A stretch of DNA of 64,000 bases, from contig OX597836.1 of NCBI GenBank assembly GCA_951406725.2, positions 3,596,001 to 3,660,000 of the forward strand, written 5' to 3'. The stretch is from Octopus vulgaris (Eukaryota). A program made the position numbers and the translations under genes. Each line of letters opens with the position of its first letter. Position 1 is the stretch's first letter. A model generated the notes under the pieces. That model had not been told where the DNA came from. It did no database searches and worked only from the letters and a program-made list of their open reading frames with translations. Below are positions 27,920 to 43,155 of the stretch, in pieces.

Positions 27920-28508
27920 ACATTGAAAAGTGCCGTTGATATAACTGGTATGAAACTTTTGTAGGTACTGCAAAGAGTTGTGCTCATCTAAGTGATGTGA
28001 TAGGACATGTAAGAGACGATCCCGTCTCAACATTGAGATTTTGATGATTTCTTCTTCTTTTTCTTTTCTTAATTATCATCATACAAATTCCTTGGTTTTT
28101 CAAATTGGAAATATATTTTGGGGGTCGGGAAGGTGGGGAGTTCTTAAGGGGTTTTATTCTTGCTATGACTATTTGGACATATCCACAGTATTTTTGTAAA
28201 TTCCATAATGGATATTTTGAATAAAACTTAATAATTGTGCAATAATAATAATAATAAAAATATTTTCTAACAATTCGGTTTTGTTGTCATTTCTTTCGGG
28301 TTTTGCGCTTAAATAAAGAAAATAAAAATAACCCCCAAAAAACAGAAAATTACAAATAATACAAACATAAATACATGCGAGTGCGCGCACCAACACACAC
28401 ACATATCCGAGGGTGTAGATACGCGGAATTCTTTTTCTTTTAACTGTTTCAGTCATTCCAGTGAGGCCATGCTGGAACACCGCCTTACATACATACATAC
28501 ATACATAC

Positions 28509-28539
<31 letters not shown>

Positions 28540-29379
28540 CATACATACATACATACATACATACATACATACATACATACATACATACATACATACACGA
28601 CGCAAATTTTCTAGCCCTTCATTCCTTTAGGTGCGTCAGGTCAAATGTTTAACCTCGGCGTTAAAAGTCATTAATTTGGCGATGAACGACCGCTGACATC
28701 TGAGTGAAGAGGTCAGTGGCAGTTGAAAGCAGTCATCCGTACAGGCACCCCTGAAGCTTTCGGCCGAATTAATGACAGCTACACATTCAACTTGGCAGAG
28801 GCGCACAAAGGACCAACTAAAATCACAAAATGTTTGCAGAATGTTAAGATTAATCAGTGATAAGGTGACGGCATTTTATGCTTTCAGCTATTACTACCAA
28901 CAAGTGGTTTCCTCGAGTTAGCGCTACCACGTGAATTAACTTAGCAGAGAAGCTTATGTGACTAGATATATTTTAAAGGGCTCCCGGCTGAAGAAAATAC
29001 ACAGGCGTAGACACACTGACTCTGTTTATTGAAAATCAGTAATTTGTCCTGCGCCAACAGACTGGGTAGAAATGTCTCTCTACACACGTCTACAAAATCT
29101 TATCCAACGTACAATTCTCATCGCATAATAAGTCTATGTATCTATAGGGAGATTTGCTTCATTTTACACTGAAGGTAAATTAGCGATACAAACGTGATTC
29201 GAACCTGCTGTGGTTAGTAACGCATGTGTAGTTCTTTGATGTAAATCTGCTGTTTTATTGAAGACTTGTCAAATTCGTACATTGTGCCGTGTTGCTCGGA
29301 ATCGTTCTTTAGTCGTAAATTCTCTCTGATTCGACGATTGTTATTACCACAACAACTCGATCTCCACAACTTTAAAGAG

Positions 29380-29871
29380 ATGGAGAAAGAATACGTTATT
29401 CACCCGAAGAACAAATACTCTCTTTCTGATAACGGAAAAAATATGAAGAAATTTTCGATATCGGACCAACAGACGAAGTATGGCGAAGAGAAAGAGGAAG
29501 AACTCCTGACTCGGAACGAAAAGGTACAAGAAGATTCTGGAAAAAGGGATTTAGCCGGTGATGAGAATGCTAATGTTGGCTCCAGTCTCATGACAGATGT
29601 AGATGTCTGTCCTCTGTATGAGCAAGACTCCACTTCCGAACGATCGCAACAAACTTGGAATTATTCTTCCAGCAAAGACGATATACAAGAAGATGGAACG
29701 GCATTGAAATTCTCCGCTATATCAACCAGGAACGATGGGAAGCGAGAATATGTTGAAGATGACGAAATCGAAAACCTCATTTATTTAAACACACACTGGA
29801 AAAAGTTGGTGTTCCAAAGATATTTAAATTTGAACACAAGTTCAAACGATTTCAAAAAGCGCAAACATTAA
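29380..29871 (+). CDS. Diverged paralog of the same family, 163 aa from the first ATG
   Basis: Three colinear blocks align to copies 1-4: MKKFSISDQQTKYGEEKE / MMKFQRSDEEMECGGEKE; CPLYEQDST...QEDG / CCLYCQNST...QEDG; KREYVEDDEIENLIYLNTHWKKLVFQR / KREDERDEELEELVDYSKLHWMKFLLRR. The frame is open from 29266; AATAAA at 30011. Confidence 0.75.
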   Translation: MEKEYVIHPKNKYSLSDNGKNMKKFSISDQQTKYGEEKEEELLTRNEKVQEDSGKRDLAGDENANVGSSLMTDVDVCPLYEQDSTSERSQQTWNYSSSKDDIQEDGTALKFSAISTRNDGKREYVEDDEIENLIYLNTHWKKLVFQRYLNLNTSSNDFKKRKH

Positions 29872-30642
29872 AACAGGATGGGATACGTCGTGAGAGAAGA
29901 TTAGATACAGACGTACATTTGGTGAATCCTCAACGTCTTGCTGAGAAATACTACATCAGTTATGAATATTTCAAAGATTGTTCACCATAAGCATTTTGTG
30001 TAACCTAAGTAATAAAATTTTTTTTTTTTAAATTCATGAGTCTTGTTGTGATTTGCTTTGGCAGTTTTACAGTTGATTTGAAATAAAAACAAACTAAAAA
30101 AATAAAATCCAAAAGGAGGAAAAGCGATAAAAAATACACAAATACATAAAAAATGGATAAACTATGTAACGTGCATAGACACACATATACATATGTATAC
30201 ACACTTTCATATGTGTTTGCGTGTGCGTGTGTATATGTGTGTGAGTGTATGTGAATGTGCGAGTGTGTGTATGTGTGTGTGCGTGTGTCTCTGTGTGTGA
30301 GTGCGTGTGCTGGTGTCTGCGTGTGTATGTGTGTGTGTGTGAGTGTATGTATGTGTGTTTGCGAGTGCATGTGTGTGTGTGTGTTCGTGTGCGTGTGTTC
30401 TGTGTCGGCACTTGTTCCTTACGACCGCTGAAAAGCGGTATTGTTACTTTACGTACCCATAACTTAGCAGTTCGATAGAGAACGACAGAATGAACAGCAG
30501 CCTTTGCAAAAAGACTAAACACTGGGATCAATTAGCTCGACTAAAAATTTTGTAAGGCGGTGCCCCAGCATGGCCACAGATCTCATTGATTTTAGCCCAA
30601 CGCTCTAACCATTGCGCCACACATACATACACACGCATACAT

Positions 30643-30701
<59 letters not shown>

Positions 30702-30950
30702 CACACACATACACACATACATATGTATATATGCGTGTGTGAGTATGTGTGTGTGTGTATTCTTTTATTCTATTATTCTCCTACTTGTTTCAGACATTTG
30801 ATTGCGGCTTTTAGTCGAACCAAAAAACCCAAGGACTTATTCTTTGGGAGTCTAGTACTTATTCTATCGCTCTCTTTTTGCCGAACAGCTATGTTACGGA
30901 GATGTAAACACACCAACATCGGTTGTCAAGTGACATACACACACACACTC

Positions 30951-31043
<93 letters not shown>

Positions 31044-31989
31044 CTTGAATTATAGCCTTGGGCCGACCAAAGCCTTGTGAGTGGATTTGGCAAAATAGTA
31101 TTTTAAAACAGTCTTAAAAAAATAAAAAATGAAGTTGTATTAACAGGTTCAATGAAGTTGCTCAGAGGTGGGGCTGAATGGCTTCATTCCATTTTTACTT
31201 CCATTATTTCTATTTCATCTTTTCCATTTATTTTGTCTTTTTTTTTGCCCCCACCTTGTGCTGTTCCCTCTATGTAAGGCCTTCATGGCCAATTGCATGA
31301 AATAAAAAAAAATTGCTTCCCAACCATATGGCGGAACACGCTCCAGCTACGCTAGTGCTCCGCCGCAACAACAACAACAACAACAGCAGCAGCAGTAGTA
31401 GTAGTAGAAGTAGTAAGGTTTGCAAGGCACAGGTTTGCTTCTCTGAAACAGGTTCTCTCAAGAAAGTTGCGTAGCAAACCTATACAAATGAATGGTGAAA
31501 AGTGAAACAGTAATTTTGAGAGAAGCATCCATGAAACTAGTTTTTAATCATTGAATAGTAATAGGAGTCGACCAGAAAAAAATAGTAATCAAAAGGGTCC
31601 ATACATTAAAAAGGATCACTGCTTTCAACATTGCCCATTTTTTTTAGTATAGTGAGAAAAAAAAAAACTCATAAGGGACGTAACTATGATAACCTACTTC
31701 ATTGTTGTCTCCCTTGAAAATTACGCAATTGCCTGTAACATCACGCAAGATGAAAGAATTTTGTCCAGACTTTTAAATCTGCTTTTTGCCTTTTACTTGT
31801 CGTTAGATTGCGGTCATGCTGGGGCACTAGATTGACGAATTTTAGTCAACCGAATCGAATCCAGTATTCGTTATTTTCTTTTAAGCCAGGTACCTATTCT
31901 ATTGGTCTCTTTCGTCGAACTGCTAATTTAAGAGGACGCGAACACGCCAACATCCATTGTCAAGTTATCATGGGAGGCAACTAGACAGG

Positions 31990-32135
31990 CAGAAGGGCAG
32001 CGGACTCGCGGTCGTAGGATCGCAGTTTCGATTCCCAGGCCGGGCGTTGTGAGTGTTTATTGAGCGAAAACACCTAAAAGCTCCACGAGGCTCCGGCAGG
32101 GGATGGTGATCCCTGCTGTACTCTTTCACCACTCT
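31990..32135 (+). mobile_element. SINE family C head fragment
   Basis: agggcagcggactcgcggtcgtaggatcgcagtttcgattccc; matches 58550-58855 (minus). Confidence 0.7.
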
Positions 32136-33274
32136 ATTTAATGGCGGTGCCCCAGCATGGCCACAGCTCGTGAGCTGAAACTAGATAAAATAAAATAAAA
32201 TAAATAAAATATATGTATGCATGTCTGCATGTATAACGGGCTTCTTTCAGTTTCCATCTATCAAATCCACTAAAAAGGCTTTGGTCAACTATTGCAGAAG
32301 ACACTTAGCCAAGGTGTCACGCAGTGGGTATGAACTCAGAACCATGTCTTTGGGAAGCAAGCTTCTTACTACACACCCACGCCTGTGCTAATACACATAC
32401 AAGCACATATACATATATAAAATAAGTGACAGGCTTCTTTCAGTTTCCGTCCACAAAATCCACTCCTGAAGGCTTTGGTTGGCCCGTGGCCATAGTAGAA
32501 TACACTTGTCCAAAGTGCCACACAGTAGGCCTGATCCCAGAACCATGTATGTGTCTTGTTTTGATGTTGTTATATTTCTTCCACAAGTCATTGGTTGTAG
32601 ATCGAAATTTTCTAACGAGTATTTGTGTGCGAAACAAGATCTCAGTTAATCAGCTGTAGAAATGAGTTGCGACGTCACTGGTGCCAAGCTGTATCGGCCC
32701 CTTTGCCTTTCCCTTGTATAACACTGGTAGCGTGGAGAGGGGAGGCCGGTATCCATGGGTGACTGCTGGTCTTCCATAAAGAACCTTGCCCGGACTAGTG
32801 CCTGGGAGGCTAACTTCTAGGTGCAATCCCAGGGTCTGTGTTGTGACCAAAGGGGGTCTCAGATTATATATATATATATATGCGTGTGTGTGTGTGTGTT
32901 ATCTTTTACTTGTTTCAGTCATTTGACTGTGGCCTTGCTGGAGCACCATCGTGAGGGATTTGCAGTCGAATGGATCGAACTCCCCCTCCCCAGCACTTGC
33001 TTCTTTTTAAAATCCTACTACTTATTCTATTGGTGTCTTTTACCGAACTGCTAAGTTACAGGGATGCAAACACACCAACACTGGTTGTCAAGCAGTAGTA
33101 GGCAACAGACAGACACACACACATCAGGGTGGGCATGCCTGGAACACTTGACTGTGGCTTTGTTGGATCAAAGTTGACCAGACTAAAGAGCAAGACAGGA
33201 TGGATGGCCATGAATGGAACGGTTTACTTTCCTTCATAATTCTGCAGGATCAAGAACCAGTCTATGTGACTTTA

Positions 33275-33510
33275 TAGTAATCCCTCGACTATCACAGGTA
33301 TTACATTACAAAACACCCAGCGACAGGTGAAAATCCACAAAGTAGAAACAGGACTGTACTGTATTTTTTTATTATTATGTTTTATAATTTGTGTATATTT
33401 ATTTATTACAAATACAAAATAACACCACGGAGGAATCCATGGAAGCTTAAATAATAAATGGCGATAGGTGAACGATGAGAGATGAACCGCGATATGGCGA
33501 GGGATTACTG
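33275..33510. mobile_element. pogo/Tigger-like MITE
   Basis: Terminal inverted repeats (t/c)agtaatccctcg ... cgagggattactg, TA-like flanks, ~235 bp. Confidence 0.75.
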
Positions 33511-34880
<1,370 letters not shown>

Positions 34881-34884
34881 ATCA

Positions 34885-35210
34885 CAGGATCAGAATCGAA
34901 ATCGATCAATGGAAATTGCAGACATGTTACCAGTGCCGGTGGCATGTAAGAGAACCTTCCGTTTCGCGACCGTTGCCAGCACCACCCCGTTCCGTGTCCG
35001 TTGCCAGCCTCGCCTGGCCCTCGTGCCGGTGGCACATAAAAAGCACCCACTACACTCACGGAGTGGTTGGCGTTAGGAAGGGCATCCAGCCGTAGAAACA
35101 CTGCCAGATTTGACTGGGCCTGATGAAGCCTTCTGGCTTCAGACCCCAGTAGAACCGTCCAACCCATGCTAGCATGGAAAGCGGACGCTAAACGATGATG
35201 ATGATGATGA
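34885..35210 (+). mobile_element. Retroposon (SINE/LINE-tail) family D ending in (GAT)n
   Basis: aagcacccactacactc..gagtggttggcgttaggaagggcatccagc...gcggacgctaaacgatgatgat. Further copies at ~41881, 46230, 47445, 51250, 54030 and 62210. Confidence 0.75.
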
Positions 35211-35937
35211 TATATACATATATATATACATATATATACATATATATATACATATATATACATATATATATACATATATATATACATATATATACATATA
35301 TATATACATATATATATACATACATATATACATACATATATACATACATATATACATACATATATATATACGTATATATATACATACATATATACATATA
35401 TATATACATACATATATACATACATATATACATATATATATATACATACATATATACATATATATATACATATATATATGTATATATATATATATATATA
35501 TAAAAATATACATATATATATATATATTTTATATAATTTGTATTACTAAAAATAAGGGTATGTAAGTATAACGTTTGTCCTGCACATATATCTCTGTATT
35601 TATGTACTTCTGATATATTCAACCGATGACGGTAAAGCTTATTTAAAGCAAAACAAGAAATCCTGGATCTTGAATTATTCAATAATATTTTTTGCTCATC
35701 TATTTTGTCCCTCTGTCTTATCTCATGGTACGATATGAACATTTGACGTGGTTTTTAAAGTCAGGGTTTTGACTGCTATTTCGGCATGGTGGTGTCTCTC
35801 AGACACCCTTATTTTTAGTTGTAAAAAAATTATTACCTTTGTACGGTATTTTTTCCCAAGCTGGCCACTTGATAATATCAATATTTAAATATCGATATTA
35901 TCCTTATTTATAAAATTATATAATTTGTATATATTTA

Positions 35938-36265
35938 TCTCTCTATATAAAGCTGAAGTTGTCTGTGTATGGCAGGTTTGGTAGCCTTCAACTAACACTA
36001 TCTCCTCCAAGACCCTGCGGCGCAAGTTGACCAAAATTGAGAGTATGATAGAAGAAGACTTGCTCTTACTTCCGTAGAAGAAAAAATTCAAATCGGACCA
36101 TGTTAACACCAAAAATCATTTACATCAAAATGGTGCTTTTTTTTCTATGAAAATCCCTATTTTTTTACGATTTAACAAGCTACATAATGCAAAATTTTTA
36201 CTTTTCAAAAATTCCAATTCTAAAGGGTCGAAACAAACCCAAGCAACTCCGGGTGATACTGCTAG
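35938..36265 (+). mobile_element. Non-autonomous Helitron
   Basis: Begins TC (tctctctatataaa) after A and ends CTAG before T, with a subterminal GC hairpin-like accc..agcaactccgggt. No TIR or TSD. Confidence 0.7.
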
Positions 36266-37196
36266 TTTTATTATAAATGCAAAACAACACCACAGACAAA
36301 TCCATGTAAGCTTAAATAACAAACTGCAATATGGCAAGGCATTAATGTATATCAACAACAACAGCAGTGATTTCACAATTAAATTTATTATTTTTTTTTG
36401 GTCTTTTTCTGGGTAAATAAAGTTGTTTGAGTGTCCTTGACATATTTCTATCCAGACATATTTTGCTGGTTGAATGCCTAAGACTGTGTTTTTGGGATTC
36501 CATATTATCAGCCTGGTTTTTTGGCAATATAATGCTTTGTTCCATTGACCTATATTTTGGGTCTTCGCAAAAGAAGAGGAGGAGGAGGAGGAGGAGAAGC
36601 GGTAACAGGTTTCAATACATCACACCTGAACAGGTGAGACTGACAGAACGAAGGCGTGTGTGTGTGTGGAGGGGGAATAAAGTGTCTGGGGCAAATGGTG
36701 AGGAAAAAGAAAGGGGTAGTATTCGAGGGTGACGTGGCATATTTGCCCTGGCCCGTGGTGGATGGGTACTGTGTGTAGGGTTGTGTATGTTGGAGTGTAT
36801 GTACGTGTGTGTAATATGGGGAGTGTGTGTGTGTGTGTAAGCAGTGAGGTGTAACAGATGGGGGAACGGGAACAGATCGACAAAACATTGGGGTCGAGAA
36901 ATATATTAATGATTTTTTTTTACACATTCACAAGAGTAAATAAATAAATAGAACAAAACAAAAACAAACAGCAAAGCAACACATGTGAGTGCGTGTGTGT
37001 GTGAGTCTGTGCACGCATGTGTGTGTGTGTGCAAGTTTGCATGCCTGCATGTAGGTGTCTGGGCATAAGAGTGTATGCATGTTTATGTATGACGACATAC
37101 ATGTGTTGGTATACTGATATACCGAAAGGTCATGCATGACAAGAGACAAAACCTTCAATTAAAACACATGTTCATGTATACATATATATATATATA

Positions 37197-37343
37197 TACA
37201 GACACACATATAGATATATGTATGTGTATATATTGATATATATATATATATGCAGACACACATATAGATATATGTATGTGTATATATTGATATATATATA
37301 TATATGCAGACACACATATAGATATATGTATGTGTATATATTG

Positions 37344-37378
<35 letters not shown>

Positions 37379-37500
37379 CAGACACACATATAGATATATG
37401 TATGTATATATATTCATATATATATATATATATATATACACAGACACACATATAGATATATGTATGTATATATATTCATATATATATTGACACACACAGA
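37197..37500. repeat. Minisatellite, ~52-62 bp unit x5
   Basis: cagacacacatatagatatatgtatgt(g/a)tatatatt repeated. Confidence 0.85.
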
Positions 37501-37630
37501 CATATGTGCATGTATGTCGATATATTCATATGTATGTAAGTATATATATATATACATATATATACATATGTATGAATCTATGTGATACATACATATACAT
37601 AGATACATACGTATATATACATATTTATAC

Positions 37631-37661
<31 letters not shown>

Positions 37662-38403
37662 CATACATACACAAACATGCATACACACACACATACATAC
37701 ATATATATATATATATCTATATGAAGCAAGCGGGACAAGCATGTATTTGGTCAGTTTGCCGTTGATATTTAAGGTGGTTGTCCTCGTTTTCTGTCGTTCC
37801 ATTCCCCTTCACCCACCCTCAAATGTCCTGGGTGGGTGTGTTTAATCTCCGGAAGAAATCAGCTTCTGCCATTTGAAGACAATAAATAGAGACCCGGATT
37901 CGAAAAGTGGAGGCTGTTACCTGAAATATCAAAAAATGTAATTAGAGAAATATTTTAATTACAAAGACATAATAATAGTGATAATAATTAAGATTACCAA
38001 TAAAATTAATAAGAATAATCTTCGGAATTCCTTACACTGTAAAATAATAATAACAATAAATGATGATGATGATGATTTCAGAATTTTGGCGCAAGGCCAG
38101 GCAATTTCAGGGAAGGGGGTCAGTTGGTTACATCAACCACAGTGCTCAGCTTGTATTTATTTCATCAACCCCAAAAGCATGAAAGCAAAGTTGTTCCTGC
38201 AGAATTTGAACTCAGAACAGAAAAACCAGAAGATAATACTAAATGCCCTGATGCAGTTCCAGGCAGTGGCTCTCATGGCTTCTGATCTTAACTGATCAGA
38301 AGTGTTATGAGGTACATTGATAACACTCACTCACTCACTCAACAACAACAACAACAACAACAGCAGCAGCAGCACCAGCAACAAGACCAAGAACAACAAC
38401 AAC

Positions 38404-38775
38404 AAATGCCCTGATGCAGTACCAGACAGTGTCTCTCACGGCTTCTGATCTTAACTGATTGGAAGTGTTATCATGTACATTGTTTTGTCTTGGTATAAAA
38501 GATGGCTACAGCAAATATTCTGCTCAATACCACAGATTTGCTTGTCAGTTGTTTGACCTGAACTGGTTGAGCATGTCCCTTAGTGGCTGACAATATGTGC
38601 ATCTCTGATCACGAGCAGTAGGGGAGCATCATAGCCATGTGTTGAGAGGGATTCTTTGGGGTTTGAATGATTCGCTTCTGGAAACAGGGGTGTTTTGTGC
38701 AACATCCTTAAACAACCCTTATTCAGGGACCTTTTGAGTGGGATGGGCTACTCGACCTGAAGAAAATTCTAACTG
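38404..38775 (-). mobile_element. Dispersed ~370 bp repeat with simple-repeat tail (second copy at 44804-45177, partial at 38240)
   Basis: aaatgccctgatgcagtacca...cgacctgaagaaaatt is present twice at high identity. Confidence 0.75.
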
Positions 38776-39354
38776 GGCTCCACCTGCCTTCCAGCAGAGC
38801 AGCTGCGGTCAAACCGTCCAACCCATGCCAGCATGAACAACGGATGTATGATGATGATTGTTTATTCTTAGAGTGACCTCGTGGGGTAGGTGTGAGGGCA
38901 GTCAGATCTGGCCAGTTTAGGGTTAAGACCCCCAACCATGAAGTGGGGTCTGGTTGAAAACTTAGAACTGATACTTACTGCCCAAACCTGAGACTTACTA
39001 ATGTGTATAAAGAACCCATTTTTGTCAAAAATTAGGTTAAAAATTATGGGAGTTTCTTATACATGGATATTATTATAATCCCTTACAAAACCTTTTTTCA
39101 AAATTTTAAGCCCAAAATATTAGGGGGTTCTTCATGCAATTCTGGTCATTATAAAAATATAACTTTTGTTTGTTTGTTTCTTTCTTTCTTTGTTTTTGTG
39201 TTAACAGGCAGAGGAGAAAGTAGAGTTATGTACCTTGCTCAAGGTGAAAGAGAGCAGTAGAAAATGGTGAATGTCATTAGCAGAATCTCAAATGAATTCT
39301 GTTATTCCATAACTTGTTTCAGTCATTTGACTGCGGCCATGCTGGAGCACTGCC

Positions 39355-40292
39355 TCAAAGGGTTTCACTCAAAGACATTTCTCTGACTATGGCAGGTTTC
39401 AAAGAATCTTTGGTGTTATGGGCGTGTTCATTGACCTCACTCTCAACAATGCCCCACATGTAATAGTCCAATGGATTGAGAACTGGGGAATTAGAAGGCC
39501 AAATGTTAGGGGTTATGTGATCGCGAAAATTTTCAGCCATCCATTCCTGTGTCGCTAGAGCCATGTGTGATAGTGCAGGGTCTTACTGAAACACTTATGG
39601 CCTCCCATTGCATACACTGTCTTTCCAGGGATTAACAATTATTTCCAGGACCTTAATGTAGGCAGCAGAGTTTACTCTAAGGCCTTGTGTAAGCCATCTG
39701 AAATTTCTTCTGTTAAATTTTTGATCTTGGTCAAAGTTTTTCTCGTTTCAGAAAAAACAAATCAAATCTTCTGAATTTTTCAGTTAATTTAAGAGCTTTT
39801 TTAGATCTGATGTAGTAATTCTCTTTGGCTTTTTCTGACAAACTGACCATTCCTCATCATATAAGACTTATATCAGATGTCTTTGTGGACAACTTTTTGA
39901 CTGTTCCTTCTGACATATGGAGATCTTTTGCAATTGACCTCATCGACTTTCTCGGATTGTAATCAATGGTCTGTTGAACTTGCTGGATAAATTCAAGTGT
40001 TCTGATGAATTCAGAGCATTTAGAATGCTTTGATTCTGGTGATACGTTTCCATCTTCAGTGTTGAGCTCCCTACAAACTTTGTAGACGAAAGACCTGGCA
40101 ACCCCTAAAAATCAAGATATTTCTAAATCGCTATGCTCAGCCTTTATAACCACAATAACAGCATGCCTCTTCATTTCTTGAATAAGCAGAGGGTCTGTTA
40201 TTCTTATTTTCTGAAACAAAGATTATACAGAGTTGGCAAAAAATGCAGCAATAACTAAAAAAGATATGTCCGCAAATACATTACACACCCTG
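39355..40292 (-). mobile_element. Tc1/mariner-superfamily transposon relic (maT/DD37D-like)
   Basis: WPSNSPVLNPLDYYMWGIVE matches the WPxxSPDLNPLDY catalytic motif. Terminus TA-CAGGGTG at 40292; ORF broken. Confidence 0.8.
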
Positions 40293-40989
40293 TACATACA
40301 CGACAGGCTTCTTCCAGTTTCTGTCTACAAAATCTACTCAAAAGGCTTTGGTTGGCCCAAGGCTAGAGTAGAAGACATTTGTCCAAGGTGCCATGCAGTG
40401 GGACTGAACCCGTGACCATGTGGTAGGGAAGCAAGCTTCTTACCACACAGCCACATAGACTTACATGAACAGTTATATAAACACATGCACATATATACAA
40501 AGCATTATATGCATCTATACGTATGAGCATGTGTGTCTATGGATGCCATAGAGATCTACTTACCATAATTTAAGAGGACATCCCACCACCACACACACAC
40601 ACACACACCCCTCCATGTGTGTGTGGTGGAGGTGAGTGGAGGAATAATTAGTTTGCAACTTTGGTTGGTTTTCTGATGTGATGGAAACTTGGCAGAAGTT
40701 TGGAGAGGAAATCCAGCTGCAGAGTCTGTGCCTGGGAAAGAAATACGTTTGGAAATTGGTTCAAAGTCTTAAGTTTGGGCAGGAGTTCATAGCATTAAGA
40801 AGAAGGTCATAAACTTTGGTACAACATGAAAGTTCTTTGAAACGATGTCACAAACAGGAAGTTGTGAACTTTAAAATGACATCATAAGTTTAGGAATAAG
40901 GCAACGGATTTTGTCTGAAGAACTTAAATTTTGAAACAAGATAAACTAAGGAACAAAAGTCATAAGCTTTGGTATAACATCATAAAAGC

Positions 40990-41330
40990 TGAGACATCGT
41001 AATCAATGACGTCATAAATTTGGATATTTCGTTACAGACACACAATGTAATAAACTTTGAAATAACATCATGCCCTTCCAAGAAACACTCCGACACAAGG
41101 TTGCAAAGTCTGGCACAATACTGCAGACTTTGACACAATTCCACAAACATGCAACATGTGGCACAAAGTTTGACAGTGTCACAAACGTTGGCACAACATC
41201 ACAACTGTGACACAATGGCACAAACTGCAGTACAACGTTACATACTTTGGCCTGTCACAAAACTATGACACAATGTCACAAACTGTGCTACAACGTTACA
41301 AACTGTGACACAATGTCACAAAGTTTGCCA
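40990..41330. repeat. Degenerate 20 bp minisatellite with self-complementary unit
   Basis: Unit tgtgacacaatgtcacaaac (tgtgaca-caa-tgtcaca), decaying leftwards. Confidence 0.8.
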
Positions 41331-41629
41331 TGGTAAGACAATAATGATGATAGTGGTGGTTGTTGAAGGGGTATTTCACAGCTATTTATATGATGAAACC
41401 TCAATGCTGCAAAGAGCAATTTCAGCCTTTCACAGGAGTTCAACTTAAGAATGTAGGTACACCTCTCTAAACGCAATGTTAAAGAACTCCTCTCTAAATA
41501 CTGAAACAGATTCTGTCCAGCCTCCTACTAACTACCAAATGTTCAACCAACCAGTGCCTCCCAAATTTCAGGCCTTGCGCCTATAGCACAAAGGACAACT
41601 ACTACTACTACTATTATTATTATTATTAT

Positions 41630-41850
41630 TAAGGTGGCAAGGTAGCAGAATTGTTAGCACACAGGGTAAAATGCTTTGTGGTGTCTTGTCTGTCCTTAAA
41701 TTCTGAGTTCAAATTCTGAAGAGGTCGACTTTGCCTTTCATCCTTTTGGAGATCAATAAATCAAGTACCCGTAAAGTACTGGGGGTCAATATAACTGACT
41801 AGTCCTCTGTCCCCCCAAATTTCAGACCTTGTGCCTTTAGTAGAAAGGAT
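41630..41850 (+). mobile_element. SINE family B copy
   Basis: ttctgagttcaaattctgaagaggtcgactttgcctttcatccttttggagatcaataaa. Confidence 0.7.
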
Positions 41851-42284
41851 TACCATTATTATTATTATTATTATTATTAAAAAAGCACCCACTACACTGT
41901 TGGAGTGGTTGGTGTTAGGAAGGGCATCCAGCTGTAGAAACTCTGCCAGATCAGACTGGAGCCTGGTGCAGCCCCTGGCTTCCCAGACCCTGGTCGAACC
42001 GTCCAACTCGTGCTAGCGCAGAAAACGGACATTAAACGATGATGATGATGATGATGATTATTATTACTATAGACAGCATGGAGATTGAATTGGTTGGCAC
42101 CACACTGAAGGAAATACAAGTTGATAACAGGACCATGTGTTAACCACCACAAGTCAATGGGTTGACCTGGGGTTAAAGAACATCATCATCAACATGATCA
42201 CACCATCATCAACTCCATCCCTGATATTAATATTACTAGCATTTGCCCCTCTGACTGTTACCACCACCATTACTACTACTACTA

Positions 42285-42327
<43 letters not shown>

Positions 42328-42719
42328 CACTACTGCTTTATCATTTACCATGCTGAAACCATCTGGCCAGTCTCTCCTCTGCCTTCTGCTCCCCCTCGGC
42401 CTCTCCTATACACCTTCCAAAGGTCACATTTAAAAATATATAAACATATCCAACATATCAGAGTGGAGGGTGATGAGGGGTGGTGGTGTGGTGGTGATGG
42501 TGGTGTTAGGGAATGGTGAGTGGTGGTATCGGTGTCGTGGTTGCGGTGGTAGTAGTAGAAGTGAACATGGTAGTGGTGGTGGTGATGGTGGGTGCAGTGA
42601 TGGTGGAGGTGGTGTTACTGATATCATACCAGGAGTGGTATGACAATGGTGATGATGGTGGTGGCAGCGGTGGTATTTTCCGGAAATAAACCTCAATACA
42701 TGATAAAGTGCATGAGAGA

Positions 42720-42808
42720 GAGAGGGAGAGAGAGAGAGAGAGAGAAAGAGATAACAAGAGAGAGGAAGAGAGACTTAAATAGAGTGAAAGATAAGGGAGA
42801 GGGAGAAA

Positions 42809-42843
<35 letters not shown>

Positions 42844-42893
42844 TAACGAAGAGAGATAACAAGTGAGAGGGAGAGAGACTTAGAGTGAAAGAG

Positions 42894-42935
<42 letters not shown>

Positions 42936-42979
42936 AACGAAGAGAGATAACAAGAGAGAGGGAGAGAGACTTAGAGTGA

Positions 42980-43028
<49 letters not shown>

Positions 43029-43155
43029 TATAACGAAGAGAGATAACAAGAGAGAGGGAGAGAGACTTAGAGTGAAAGAGAAAAGAGAGAGAGATATATA
43101 TAGATAGAGTGAAAGAGAAGAGAGAGGGAGAAAGACAAGAGAGAGAGAGAGAGAG
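42720..43155. repeat. Purine-only minisatellite, ~75-80 bp unit x4-5
   Basis: gagagacttagagtgaaagagaaaag(ag)n attataacgaagagagataacaag repeated. Confidence 0.85.

Noticed and set aside
36560-36640. Possible exon ending in a CAG/GTGAG donor
   Set aside because: No convincing acceptor, partner exon or recognisable peptide.
40990-41330. CRISPR-like palindromic repeats
   Set aside because: Units are contiguous with no unique spacers, there are no cas genes, and the context is eukaryotic.
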